Shown here: piece after piece, positions 7,940 to 16,266 of the stretch
How positions within the stretch are numbered: position 1 is the first letter of the stretch
Layout: every line of letters begins with the position of its first letter
From: Candidatus Micrarchaeota archaeon
GTDB taxonomy: Archaea > Micrarchaeota > Micrarchaeia > Anstonellales > Bilamarchaeaceae
Direction: 5' to 3'
DNA length: 18,141 nucleotides
Assembly: GCA_037440825.1 (NCBI GenBank)
Contig: JBBITJ010000017.1
Span: 1 to 18,141 of the forward strand
Program-made: the position numbers and the translations under genes
Notes under the pieces: generated by a model
Database searches by the model: none
Told to the model about the DNA's origin: nothing
Seen by the model: the letters and a program-made list of their open reading frames with translations, nothing else

Positions 7940-9841
7940 CTAGCGCTGGTGCCTGGCGGCGAGCGCGTCCTTTTTCCTGTATTCCTGGTTCCCTTCCTTG
8001 TCTATCCTGAAGAACATCTCCCTATCCATGACTTCGGCGTTTATCCTGTCCAGGCTCTCCGGAATCCGGTAGACGCCGGAATTCTTCAGGCTCTCTATGA
8101 CAACCTCCACGCTCTTGCCGTTCCTCAAGGTTTTCTTGAGCTTATCCACTGTCGCCTTTATCTCCCTTCCCATCTGCTCCAGCACAAGGTACTCGAACCG
8201 CTCGTTCGAGGTATCGTAGTCCAGGCCGTTGGACTTGAGGAAGCTCTTGACTGAGCGCACCGGGCTCATGTAGAATCCGTTCGTGATATCGCCGACCATG
8301 AGCTTCCTGTCCCACATGTGCTTCACCGCGCGCTGGAAATCTGAGTGGGTTTCGCCGTCATTGAATTCTATGCCCTCGAAAAGCTTGAGGAATATGCCTT
8401 TGCTCTTAGCGAGCCCCAGCCAGTCCGCGATCTTCGCCATCTCGCTCTGCACCTTGCCCTTTTTCTCCGCCTCTTCCGCTTCCGCGAAAAGGTGGAGCTG
8501 CCCCTCGACCGGCTTGGGGGCAGGCGGGGCGATTATGCTCCATCCCTTCGCGATCTTCACGAGCGCGTCGTCTTCCGCGAACTCCCCTTTCACCATCGCG
8601 CCCAGGCTCTGCCAGACCTTCATGACGAAATCCCTCTTGTAGGGGTCTTTGTGCGCCTTGTTCAGCTCCTCGAGCATGTCGTCGAACGCAATTGCGGTCT
8701 TGGCGTAGCCGCAGCCTGTGTGCAGGCTCACCTTAAGGCTCTTGCTGAACTGGTTCTTTAGCGTGCGCTCGAGCTCTTTTTCTGAAGGGTATGCGCCTAT
8801 GACTTTTATCACTCCTGAAGCCGTCTTGTTCCCGCATCTCGCATCCACGCAGAATATGGATTTGCAGCACCGCCTTCTCCTTATGAGCTCTGTCGCCGCT
8901 GTGTTTTCAGGGGATTCGTGCTCCATTATGTTCTCCAAGTATTTCCTCGAAATCTCGTTGGAAGCGAGGCCGTTCTTCTCCGCGAATTCCACGAACGGCT
9001 CCTTCACTATTTTTCCCCCTTTCTTTGCGACGAAGTAGAGCTTCCTTGTCTGGATGTCGTGGACTATGGGCACGAGCCTGAACTGGTTGCCCTGGAAGTT
9101 CCAGGACTGCAGCCCTGTGGCCTTGTCCTTGGTTATGACGTGGCCGTGGTCTCTGGCTTTCTGCGCGAGCTTTTCCAGCCTTAGTATCGCCAGCCGCGCT
9201 ACTGCGTCGAAATCCAGCCCTTTCTTCTCCTCGGAATCGTAATCCCCTATGCACGGGATGTAGGGGGCGACATCAGAAGATATGGAGAACCGTTCCGCCC
9301 CTTCCGCGCGCTTCCTCTCGTGCTCGGCATGGGCGAGGTGGTTGAGCATGTACATTATGACCGTGAAATCCGAAGCCTCCTCCAATATGTGCTTCTCCTT
9401 CCTCATGCCGCTCGCGGTGCCGAACGCACCTCCCCTCGCAACGCCGTGCTCCACGGAATAGTCGTTCTTGCACCATATTCCGGCCACGTTGGTTTCTGAA
9501 GTATTTGATATGTAGATGATGCCCGGAAGCTGGTCCTTGCTCATGTCGGACCTGTTGGCCAGCGTGAATTCGCTCCTCTTGCGGTCGAAGAATTCGAATG
9601 CCTGGTTGTCCGCGACGCCTTCCGCGTTCGCGGCGTCCAAAAACGATAATATGAGCTTGTTCCTTTTTGCGATGTCTTTCATGGAGAAGATGTCCTTGGG
9701 CATTGTCTTTTCCCACACGTCCATGAGCGCCTTTGATCCTACCATCGTGCGCCCGAGCAAAGAGGTGCCCCTCATGGTGCGTCCGGACTGTATTACGCCT
9801 AGAATCTTCAACTTTTGCTCTTCTGGCGGCTTTCCTGTCAT
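7940..9841 (-). CDS. Hypothetical 633-aa protein with a beta-carbonic-anhydrase-like Zn motif
   Basis: Long ORF with a GGTGG RBS; C331-x-D-x-R and H374-x-x-C377-G motifs. The CDS is secure; the function is inferred. Confidence 0.7.
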   Translation of the reverse strand: MTGKPPEEQKLKILGVIQSGRTMRGTSLLGRTMVGSKALMDVWEKTMPKDIFSMKDIAKRNKLILSFLDAANAEGVADNQAFEFFDRKRSEFTLANRSDMSKDQLPGIIYISNTSETNVAGIWCKNDYSVEHGVARGGAFGTASGMRKEKHILEEASDFTVIMYMLNHLAHAEHERKRAEGAERFSISSDVAPYIPCIGDYDSEEKKGLDFDAVARLAILRLEKLAQKARDHGHVITKDKATGLQSWNFQGNQFRLVPIVHDIQTRKLYFVAKKGGKIVKEPFVEFAEKNGLASNEISRKYLENIMEHESPENTAATELIRRRRCCKSIFCVDARCGNKTASGVIKVIGAYPSEKELERTLKNQFSKSLKVSLHTGCGYAKTAIAFDDMLEELNKAHKDPYKRDFVMKVWQSLGAMVKGEFAEDDALVKIAKGWSIIAPPAPKPVEGQLHLFAEAEEAEKKGKVQSEMAKIADWLGLAKSKGIFLKLFEGIEFNDGETHSDFQRAVKHMWDRKLMVGDITNGFYMSPVRSVKSFLKSNGLDYDTSNERFEYLVLEQMGREIKATVDKLKKTLRNGKSVEVVIESLKNSGVYRIPESLDRINAEVMDREMFFRIDKEGNQEYRKKDALAARHQR

Positions 9842-9946
9842 GTTCCCACCTAGATAGGGCTGAGCGGTTTTTTTCGTATGTTTTAATTTATGGTATAAAG
9901 GTTTTTTAAACCCTTATTCATGCACGCCGCATGCGTTTCCACTATG

Positions 9947-9954
9947 TTTAAATA
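9947..9954 (+). promoter_or_regulatory. TATA box for the C/D sRNA
   Basis: TTTAAATA beginning about 23-30 nt before the sRNA 5' stem and C box. Confidence 0.6.
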
Positions 9955-9969
9955 CCGCCAAAGCGTAAT

Positions 9970-10055
9970 GGATGTATTGATGACATCGCTCCAGACTGAT
10001 TCCCGGAACTTGTTTCCTGGAACTTGATGATCGGAGTAGCTACTGACACATATCC
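9970..10055 (+). ncRNA. Archaeal box C/D 2'-O-methylation guide sRNA
   Basis: C box TTGATGA 9977-9983, 12-nt guide, D' CTGA 9996-9999, C' TTGATGA 10024-10030, 12-nt guide, D CTGA 10043-10046, terminal stem GGATGT/ATATCC. Confidence 0.88.
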
Positions 10056-10063
10056 TTTTTTTT
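10056..10063 (+). terminator. Oligo-T terminator of the sRNA
   Basis: T8 run immediately after the terminal stem. Confidence 0.6.
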
Positions 10064-10281
10064 AGAAAAAGAAAATATGTCGTCTAATTGACGACAATTC
10101 TTCGCGATACGCGAAGAAGGTCTAAGTGGTTCACCCCAAAAGAAAAACGTTGGGACTAAGGAGCAGCCGCAGGAAACAGTTCGAATGTACATGGAGACAG
10201 GCAACCTCGGATAGAGGGCATTTAAAAACGTTTACGTTCTATATTCAGCATTACCCCAGAAGCTTCTTTTAGGTGATACTC

Positions 10282-10911
10282 ATGGAAGAAGAAACTATGT
10301 CTAAGGCGCTGAAAACCGGAACGACCACCGTAGGTCTTGTGTGCAGGAACGCGGTCGTGCTTGCGAGTGACAGGCGCGCGACCATGGGATACCTGATAGC
10401 GAGCAAGGACATAGACAAGATCTACCCGCTGGCTGACAACATCGCGATGACCATCGCCGGAGGAGTGGGGGACGCGCAGACGCTCGTCAGGTGGATGCAG
10501 GCCGAGATAAAGCTCTACGAGCTCAGGCAGGGAAGGAAGATAACTGTCGAGGCGGCAGCTACGCTCCTTGCGAACATACTCGCGCAGTACAAGTATTACC
10601 CGTTCTTCGTCCAGCTCCTCGTAGGGGGCTTCGACGGAAAGGCAAGGCTTTTCAGCGTAGACATGCTCGGCGGAGTCACCGAGGAGAAATTGGCGAGCAC
10701 AGGAAGCGGCTCCCCGATAGCATACGGAGTTCTGGAGGAGCTGTTCAAGGAAGACGCGCCTGTGCAGGACAGCCTCAGGATAGCGGCAAAGGCAATAACC
10801 GCTGCAATGAAGAGGGATGCCGCGAGCGGCGAGCGCGTGGACCTCGTGCTAGTTGACGAGAACGGCTTCCGCAGGTATAGCAAGGAAGAGATCAGGCAGA
10901 TGGTTGCCTAA
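10282..10911 (+). CDS. psmB: Proteasome beta subunit
   Basis: Propeptide ending KTG followed by catalytic TTTVGL; ASDRRAT, AGGVGDAQ, STGSGSP, RDAASG; AGGTGA RBS at 10271-10276. Confidence 0.97.
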   Translation: MEEETMSKALKTGTTTVGLVCRNAVVLASDRRATMGYLIASKDIDKIYPLADNIAMTIAGGVGDAQTLVRWMQAEIKLYELRQGRKITVEAAATLLANILAQYKYYPFFVQLLVGGFDGKARLFSVDMLGGVTEEKLASTGSGSPIAYGVLEELFKEDAPVQDSLRIAAKAITAAMKRDAASGERVDLVLVDENGFRRYSKEEIRQMVA

Positions 10912-11011
10912 TCAAGTTAATTTTTCTCCCATCGCCTTTCCGGCGCGTGCGCAAGCATTTCCGAGGAAGGCGAAGCCATACAAGGCGCAATCAGGCAGAA
11001 AATCACAGGTG

Positions 11012-12916
11012 ATGAATTTGTATTACAAAGATATTGAAAAAACGGTCATGGAGATAATGCCCCGCGAATGCGAGGTCACCAAGGTCGAGCCGGAGGGGCT
11101 CGACATAATAGTCTATCTCAGGAACTTAAAGGCGTTCTATTCGAGCGACCAGCTCATAAAGCACATAGCAGGCGCGATAAAGAAGAAGGTGCTCATACGC
11201 GCGGACGCGAGCGCGCTCATGGGCATGGAGGAGGCGCTCAAGAGGATAAAATCGGTCCTTCCTCCGGAAGTCGAGGTCTCGAGCATACGCTTCGTGCCGG
11301 AGTTCAGCGAGGTGCACATCGAGGCCGTGAAGCCCGGCCTCGTGATAGGCAAGGGAGGCTCGATACTCAAGGAGATAATGCTCCAGACGAACTGGGCTCC
11401 GGTGGTGCTGAGGACTCCGACGATGGCGTCCTCCACGATAGAGGGAGTGCGCAAAAGCTTCGTCGTCGAGGCCGCAGACAGGAAGAGGTTCCTCTCCTCG
11501 GTCGGCAAGCACATCTGCCAGCCCATGCCCAAGAGCGACTGGCTCCGCGTCTCGTTCCTCGGAGGGTTCAGGGAAGTCGGAAGGAGCTGCATGCTCGTCC
11601 AGACGCCCCACAGCAAGATCCTCGTGGACTGCGGAGTGAACCCGGTCACAGGCGAGCCTACCAAGGCGTACCCCTACCTCAACACGATGGGGTTCTCGCT
11701 CGACCAGCTCGACGCGGTGGTGATTTCGCACGGCCACATGGACCACCAGGGCTTCCTTCCATATCTTTATGAATACGGGTACGAAGGCCCTGTTTATGCA
11801 ACGCCGCCCACCCGCGATTTCATGGCGCTGCTCCAGCAGGACTACATAAACGTCATGAAGAAGAGCTTCGGAGTGGAACCGCCTTACACCAAGAAGGGGA
11901 TACAGAAGGAGCTCAGGCACATCATCCCTGTGGATTACGGGGAAGTGGTGGACATAACGCCTGAGGTGAAGATGACGCTCTACAACGCGGGGCACATACT
12001 CGGAAGCGCGATGGTCCATCTCCACGTGGGGGAGGGGCTGCACAACCTCGTGTACAGCGGGGACATCAAATTCGGGTTCACGAGGCTGTTCGACCCTGCG
12101 AACATAAGCTTCCCCAGGGTGGAGACGCTGTTCGTGGAGAGCACGTACGGAGGGTGGGATGATACGACGCCTGCAAGGGCGGAGAGCGAGATGAACCTGA
12201 TACGCGTGATAAAGGAGACCGTGGACAAAAAGGGATGCGTGCTCATACCCGTGTTCGCGGTGGGAAGGAGCCAGGAGATACTGCTCGTGCTCGAGGACTT
12301 CTACAAGAGGAACCCGGACTTCAACGTGCCCGTTTACATAGACGGCATGGTGCTGGAGGCCAGCGCTATCCATACGGCGTATCCGGAATACCTGAGAAAC
12401 AACCTCCAGAAGCGCATACTATCAAACCAAAGCCCGTTCGAATCCCCGATGATAAAGGTCGCGAAGGGCGAGGACAAGCAGACGATTGTTGGAAACGGCG
12501 AGCCTGCGATAATACTCGCGCCTTCGGGAATGCTCAACGGCGGACCCAGCTACGAGTACCTCAGGAGAATGGCGCACGACGAGAAGAACACGCTCATATT
12601 CGTCGGGTACCAGAGCGCCCTTTCCCTTGGTGCGAAGATCCAGAAAGGCATGAAGGAGGTCCCGGTCACGGGGGAGGACGGAAGGACGGAATTGCTCAAG
12701 ATAAACATGCGCGTCGAAACCGTTGAAGGGTTCTCGGGCCACTCGGACAGGCCGCAGCTCATGGCTTTCCTGAAAAACGTGGCGCCGAGCCCGGAACGCG
12801 TGTTCACTATGCACGGCGACTGGAGCAAGACCGAAGACCTTGCGAAAGGCGCGAGCATGATGCTCAAGAGGAACGTGGGAGCCCCGCTGGACATGGAAGC
12901 GATAAGGCTCCGCTAG
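11012..12916 (+). CDS. fttA: Beta-CASP ribonuclease aCPSF1 / transcription termination factor FttA
   Basis: N-terminal KH domains (KPGLVIGKGG), LGGFREVGRS, SHGHMDH, AGHILGS, ESTYG, PVFAVGRSQE, GFSGHSDR, HG; conserved position after psmB. Start is ATG 11012 or TTG 11018. Confidence 0.95.
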   Translation: MNLYYKDIEKTVMEIMPRECEVTKVEPEGLDIIVYLRNLKAFYSSDQLIKHIAGAIKKKVLIRADASALMGMEEALKRIKSVLPPEVEVSSIRFVPEFSEVHIEAVKPGLVIGKGGSILKEIMLQTNWAPVVLRTPTMASSTIEGVRKSFVVEAADRKRFLSSVGKHICQPMPKSDWLRVSFLGGFREVGRSCMLVQTPHSKILVDCGVNPVTGEPTKAYPYLNTMGFSLDQLDAVVISHGHMDHQGFLPYLYEYGYEGPVYATPPTRDFMALLQQDYINVMKKSFGVEPPYTKKGIQKELRHIIPVDYGEVVDITPEVKMTLYNAGHILGSAMVHLHVGEGLHNLVYSGDIKFGFTRLFDPANISFPRVETLFVESTYGGWDDTTPARAESEMNLIRVIKETVDKKGCVLIPVFAVGRSQEILLVLEDFYKRNPDFNVPVYIDGMVLEASAIHTAYPEYLRNNLQKRILSNQSPFESPMIKVAKGEDKQTIVGNGEPAIILAPSGMLNGGPSYEYLRRMAHDEKNTLIFVGYQSALSLGAKIQKGMKEVPVTGEDGRTELLKINMRVETVEGFSGHSDRPQLMAFLKNVAPSPERVFTMHGDWSKTEDLAKGASMMLKRNVGAPLDMEAIRLR

Positions 12917-12932
12917 CTTTTCTTTTCCCTTT

Positions 12933-13490
12933 TCATCCCTTCTTTTTCGGCAATTCCCTTCCAAGGATGAATCCGTTCAGCATCGGAATCACGTAGAATG
13001 GAATCACTATTCCCGCGATGAATCCGGTGATGATGCGGAGCTCGTTCGTGCTCTGCCTCAATCCTATGAGCTGGGTTCCGCCGTCCAACCCTATCGGGAC
13101 GAGGGCCAGCAGAAAGTAGATAAGGGGAGGGACGCTTTTTTCGCCCATCTTCCTCACTAACGGGAACACCAAGCCGCCCAGGATCATAGCCCCGTAAATG
13201 GCGAGGTCGCGGGTGCACACTGGGAATTTGTATCCCAGGACGCCGTGGTCGTCCACTACCTGCTGCCGCGCAACAACGCTAACGTTGTCCCTGTCGCAAT
13301 CGCCTATCGTCCCATCCTGGAAATAACATAGTGAACGATTAGCGAGCTGGTGGCAGACAGGGGCATAGATTGCATGGATTGTTTCGAACAGCGCAGGAAA
13401 GCCTTCTGCCATGAGCGGGGTTATGAATATCGGACCCAGGAAAAACAGTGTTAATGCCATGTAAAGTGCGAATCCCAGGAATTTGCGCAT
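12933..13490 (-). CDS. DUF2085-family membrane protein
   Basis: CHQLANRS, FPVCTRDLAIY, LDGGTQLIGLRQSTNELRIITG with several TM segments. Confidence 0.85.
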   Translation of the reverse strand: MRKFLGFALYMALTLFFLGPIFITPLMAEGFPALFETIHAIYAPVCHQLANRSLCYFQDGTIGDCDRDNVSVVARQQVVDDHGVLGYKFPVCTRDLAIYGAMILGGLVFPLVRKMGEKSVPPLIYFLLALVPIGLDGGTQLIGLRQSTNELRIITGFIAGIVIPFYVIPMLNGFILGRELPKKKG

Positions 13491-13638
13491 AAGCGCATTT
13501 CAATTAGAAAAGATTTATTTGTTTGGATTCCTGTTCGCGAAGCGGCTTTCCGCGTGCAGGACGCGCGAAGCGGCTATTTTCTCAGGGCCTGTGAGCGGCT
13601 CCATAAGTGGATTTGAGTGTTAAAAAATAAGTATTTGG

Positions 13639-14121
13639 TTATGCCTTTTTCTTTGCCTTCTTGAGCTCGCGCCTAGTCTCCTCCACCTCCCAAGGGTAGA
13701 CTATCCACGCATCCGTGCTTTCCATGTAGAAATCCGGCTTCACCGCGCTCTTCGGCTTGTTGTGGAGGGTTGCAATTTTCACTTGCGAAGCTCCTGCCCG
13801 TTTTACGTGCTCCTTCGCCACCGCAAGGCTCCTTCCGGTGTCGGCAACGTCGTCCACTATGAGCACCTTCTTCCCTTTGACGTCCACCTGTATGGGCTGG
13901 CTTACAGTAGGGAAATCCTTGGTCTGCCCTATCGTCTTGTAGAATTCTATGCGCACAATCGCGACATTCGGGTTGTCAAGATAGTCAGAAAGCAGGCGCA
14001 CTGGAACCAGCCCCCCTCTGGATATGCCGACGAGCCAATCCGGCCTGAACTCCGAGACTTTCGCGGCCAGTTGCCTGCACATCTCTTCAACCTTCTTCCA
14101 GCTTGGCTTCACGAATTTCAT
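13639..14121 (-). CDS. Type I phosphoribosyltransferase, hypoxanthine/xanthine/guanine PRT-like
   Basis: GISRGGLVP, LIVDDVADTGRSL PRPP-binding loop, WIVYPWE; start reassigned to MKFVKPSW. Confidence 0.9.
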   Translation of the reverse strand: MKFVKPSWKKVEEMCRQLAAKVSEFRPDWLVGISRGGLVPVRLLSDYLDNPNVAIVRIEFYKTIGQTKDFPTVSQPIQVDVKGKKVLIVDDVADTGRSLAVAKEHVKRAGASQVKIATLHNKPKSAVKPDFYMESTDAWIVYPWEVEETRRELKKAKKKA

Positions 14122-14317
14122 GGCATCATCAGTTTTTCTCTGCGCTCGAGGCCGCCTTTGCGCCTTTCCGCTTATCGAAGAACTCCATCGCCTGGGCAAG
14201 CCCCTTGCGCTTTCCTGCCTTTCGATTCCCCTTCCTTCGCTGCCCTGCGTTTCGCCATGCGTTCACCTAGGAAGGTTTTTCATTAACGATTATATTCTTT
14301 TCTCCGGATAGAGGGCC

Positions 14318-14686
14318 ATGCTCAGGGCGAACGCGAAGACGCATCCGGAAACGCTCTACGCGAGGATGCACAACAGCGTGAGCCTCATCGCGAGGATAGA
14401 GAACGGCGGCGAAACCAGGTGGGTGGAGGCCGAGGTCCAGCTGCCTGAAAAGCTCTCGCTTGCAGCCGATACGCAGCTGCGCAAGGGGCGCATGCGGCTC
14501 GGGATAGTTGAAAAAGGCGAAACGCTGGAGAAGTCGGTGCGCATATACGGGAACCAGTACACTGATGCCCAGCTTTACAACTGCAAGCTCATTGTTTTCA
14601 CGTACGACAAGGACGGCACGATAGACAAAAGAATAGACGTGTCGTTCACCGTGAAATGCGAGGAGCAGAAGCCTCCGGTCATATAG
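14318..14686 (+). CDS. Hypothetical beta-rich (Ig-like?) protein
   Basis: 122-aa ORF with alternating hydrophobic beta-strand pattern; TATA-like TTATAT about 25 nt upstream. Confidence 0.7.
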   Translation: MLRANAKTHPETLYARMHNSVSLIARIENGGETRWVEAEVQLPEKLSLAADTQLRKGRMRLGIVEKGETLEKSVRIYGNQYTDAQLYNCKLIVFTYDKDGTIDKRIDVSFTVKCEEQKPPVI

Positions 14687-14692
14687 GCGCAG

Positions 14693-14720
14693 GACGAAAC
14701 CGGGGACTGGGAACAGGAGA
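14693..14720 (+). repeat. Heptamer array between convergent genes
   Basis: GACGAAA CCGGGGA CTGGGAA CAGGAGA; shares AACCGGGGACTGG with 16711-16723. Confidence 0.75.
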
Positions 14721-14743
14721 CCACTTATGCGTGCATGCCGGGA

Positions 14744-16165
14744 TTATTCGCTCCCGAGCAGCATACCGCGCCTTCCTTTTCTCAGCGCAGCGTGCGCCAG
14801 CTCTATCCCGTATTTGTGCTCGTATTCCAGCTTCGCGGCGACTTGCTTGGGATCGGCGTAGCCCCATTTCTTCAGCGCCTGCGCGAGCTCCTTGTGCTTT
14901 TTCGCGTACTGGGGTGCAGGGATGCACTTCATCGCCGCTTCCACCGCCTGCACCATGGATATTGCGCCCTTGCGCGTCCCTCCTGGGTGGCCGTGCACGC
15001 CTGCGCCTGCCTGTATGTTGATGTCCCTGCCGTGGAGGGCGAGAAGCGCGTCCACTTTCCCCGCGTCCAACCCTCCTGAGGCGATGGACAGCATGGGCTT
15101 TATGTGCGCCGCGAACTCCATGCTGAGCGAGCCGAAATAGAATTTCTCGTGTATCTTGTGCTGGTCCGCGATCTCGTGCAGCCGCGCGATTATCGCAGGC
15201 GCCCCTTCCATCTTCCCCACCCCTGTGCCTATGTGGAGCTGGTCGATCCCCAGCATGCGGTAGAATTTCTCGTACACCTGGAAATTGACGCCGAAGTTGG
15301 CGCGGTTGGGGGCTGCGAAGCCGGCGCGGTGGCCGTGCGTAGCGAACCCGTATTTCTTCGTCACGTCCAGGATGTCCTGGAGCGCGCTCATGCCCATCAC
15401 GTACGCGTCCAGCATCACCAACACGTGGTTCTGGAGCCCCATCTCGTTGAGGTAATCCACGCGCTCGACCATCCTTGAATAGCGGTCAGTTATGTTGCTG
15501 GAATAAAGGTGGTTCTGCCCCGTCTCCTTTCCTGCCTTCTCTATGGATTTCACCACTTCGTGCAGCCTGTCCTTCCACTTGCAGAATTCCTGGTCCACCA
15601 GGTTCTCGTCGTCTTTCACCAAGTCGAGGCCGCCGGCGTAAGCTTCGTAGGCGACGTGCGCCCATTCCTTCGCCGTGAGCCCGACCTTGGGCTTAACTAT
15701 CGTGCCTACATGAGGGCGCCTGCTCTTCAGCGTGCCTGCCATCTTCCTTATGCCTTCGAGCCCGCGGAGCGGGCCGGTGAACTGCTTCTGGTATTTCAGC
15801 GGGAAGGATATGTCGAATATGTACAGCTCCTCGAGTTCCTTGAGCCCGAATATGTTGCCGAGCACCGAGGCCTGGAACTGGCTTATGTTCTTGTAGTCGA
15901 AATGCTCCAGCGGGTACGCGATCTTTATGAAGCCCGCGTCCTTTCCCACCTTGTTTACCTGGAACACGCGCGCCCTGTAATGAGTCCAGACGAAATCGTT
16001 CATCGTCGTGAGCTTGGTCCAGGAGCCCACGCTGCTCTCCGCGGCTATCGCTTCGGCGATTTTTTCTATCGGCGCTTTTCCCTTCGCCCAAATGAAAACT
16101 ATGAAATCGCTCTCCTTGTCCGGCTTGTAATCGAAATCGAGATATCCGTAGCCTCCGTAAGCCAT
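14744..16165 (-). CDS. rbcL: RuBisCO large subunit, form III / III-like
   Basis: AAESSVGSWT, GNIFG, GTIVKPKVG, GGLDLVKDDENL, HGHRAG, LHIGT, GKMEG, ASGGL, GHPGG; ATG 16165 after a GGGTGG RBS. Confidence 0.93.
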   Translation of the reverse strand: MAYGGYGYLDFDYKPDKESDFIVFIWAKGKAPIEKIAEAIAAESSVGSWTKLTTMNDFVWTHYRARVFQVNKVGKDAGFIKIAYPLEHFDYKNISQFQASVLGNIFGLKELEELYIFDISFPLKYQKQFTGPLRGLEGIRKMAGTLKSRRPHVGTIVKPKVGLTAKEWAHVAYEAYAGGLDLVKDDENLVDQEFCKWKDRLHEVVKSIEKAGKETGQNHLYSSNITDRYSRMVERVDYLNEMGLQNHVLVMLDAYVMGMSALQDILDVTKKYGFATHGHRAGFAAPNRANFGVNFQVYEKFYRMLGIDQLHIGTGVGKMEGAPAIIARLHEIADQHKIHEKFYFGSLSMEFAAHIKPMLSIASGGLDAGKVDALLALHGRDINIQAGAGVHGHPGGTRKGAISMVQAVEAAMKCIPAPQYAKKHKELAQALKKWGYADPKQVAAKLEYEHKYGIELAHAALRKGRRGMLLGSE

Positions 16166-16181
16166 GCGCCCACCCAAACAG

Positions 16182-16210
16182 TTTCCGGTTCTGCGTTCCG
16201 GGCTTTCGCG
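16182..16210 (-). repeat. Heptamer array in the rbcL 5' leader
   Basis: Plus strand TTTCCGG TTCTGCG TTCCGGG c TTTCGCG, between the TATA box and the RBS. Confidence 0.75.
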
Positions 16211-16225
16211 TTCTGTTCCGTCTTA

Positions 16226-16237
16226 CATATTATAAAG
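16226..16237. promoter_or_regulatory. Bidirectional TATA element (rbcL / arrestin-like gene)
   Basis: CATATTATAAAG between divergent genes. Confidence 0.5.
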
Positions 16238-16266
16238 TTTTCCTTCGTTCAGTGTGCGGGATTCCC

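Noticed and set aside
10179..10186. GTTCGAAT resembling a tRNA T-loop
   Set aside because: Flanks do not form a T-stem and no cloverleaf can be built.
10853..11011. 53-aa N-terminal extension of FttA in the ORF track
   Set aside because: Overlaps psmB, is not protein-like, and an AGGTGA RBS sits at 11007-11012.
11126..12373. 415-aa minus-strand ORF
   Set aside because: Antisense shadow of fttA.
14744..16165. Calvin-cycle autotrophy or a carboxysome locus
   Set aside because: No rbcS, phosphoribulokinase or shell genes in the window; the enzyme is form III-type.
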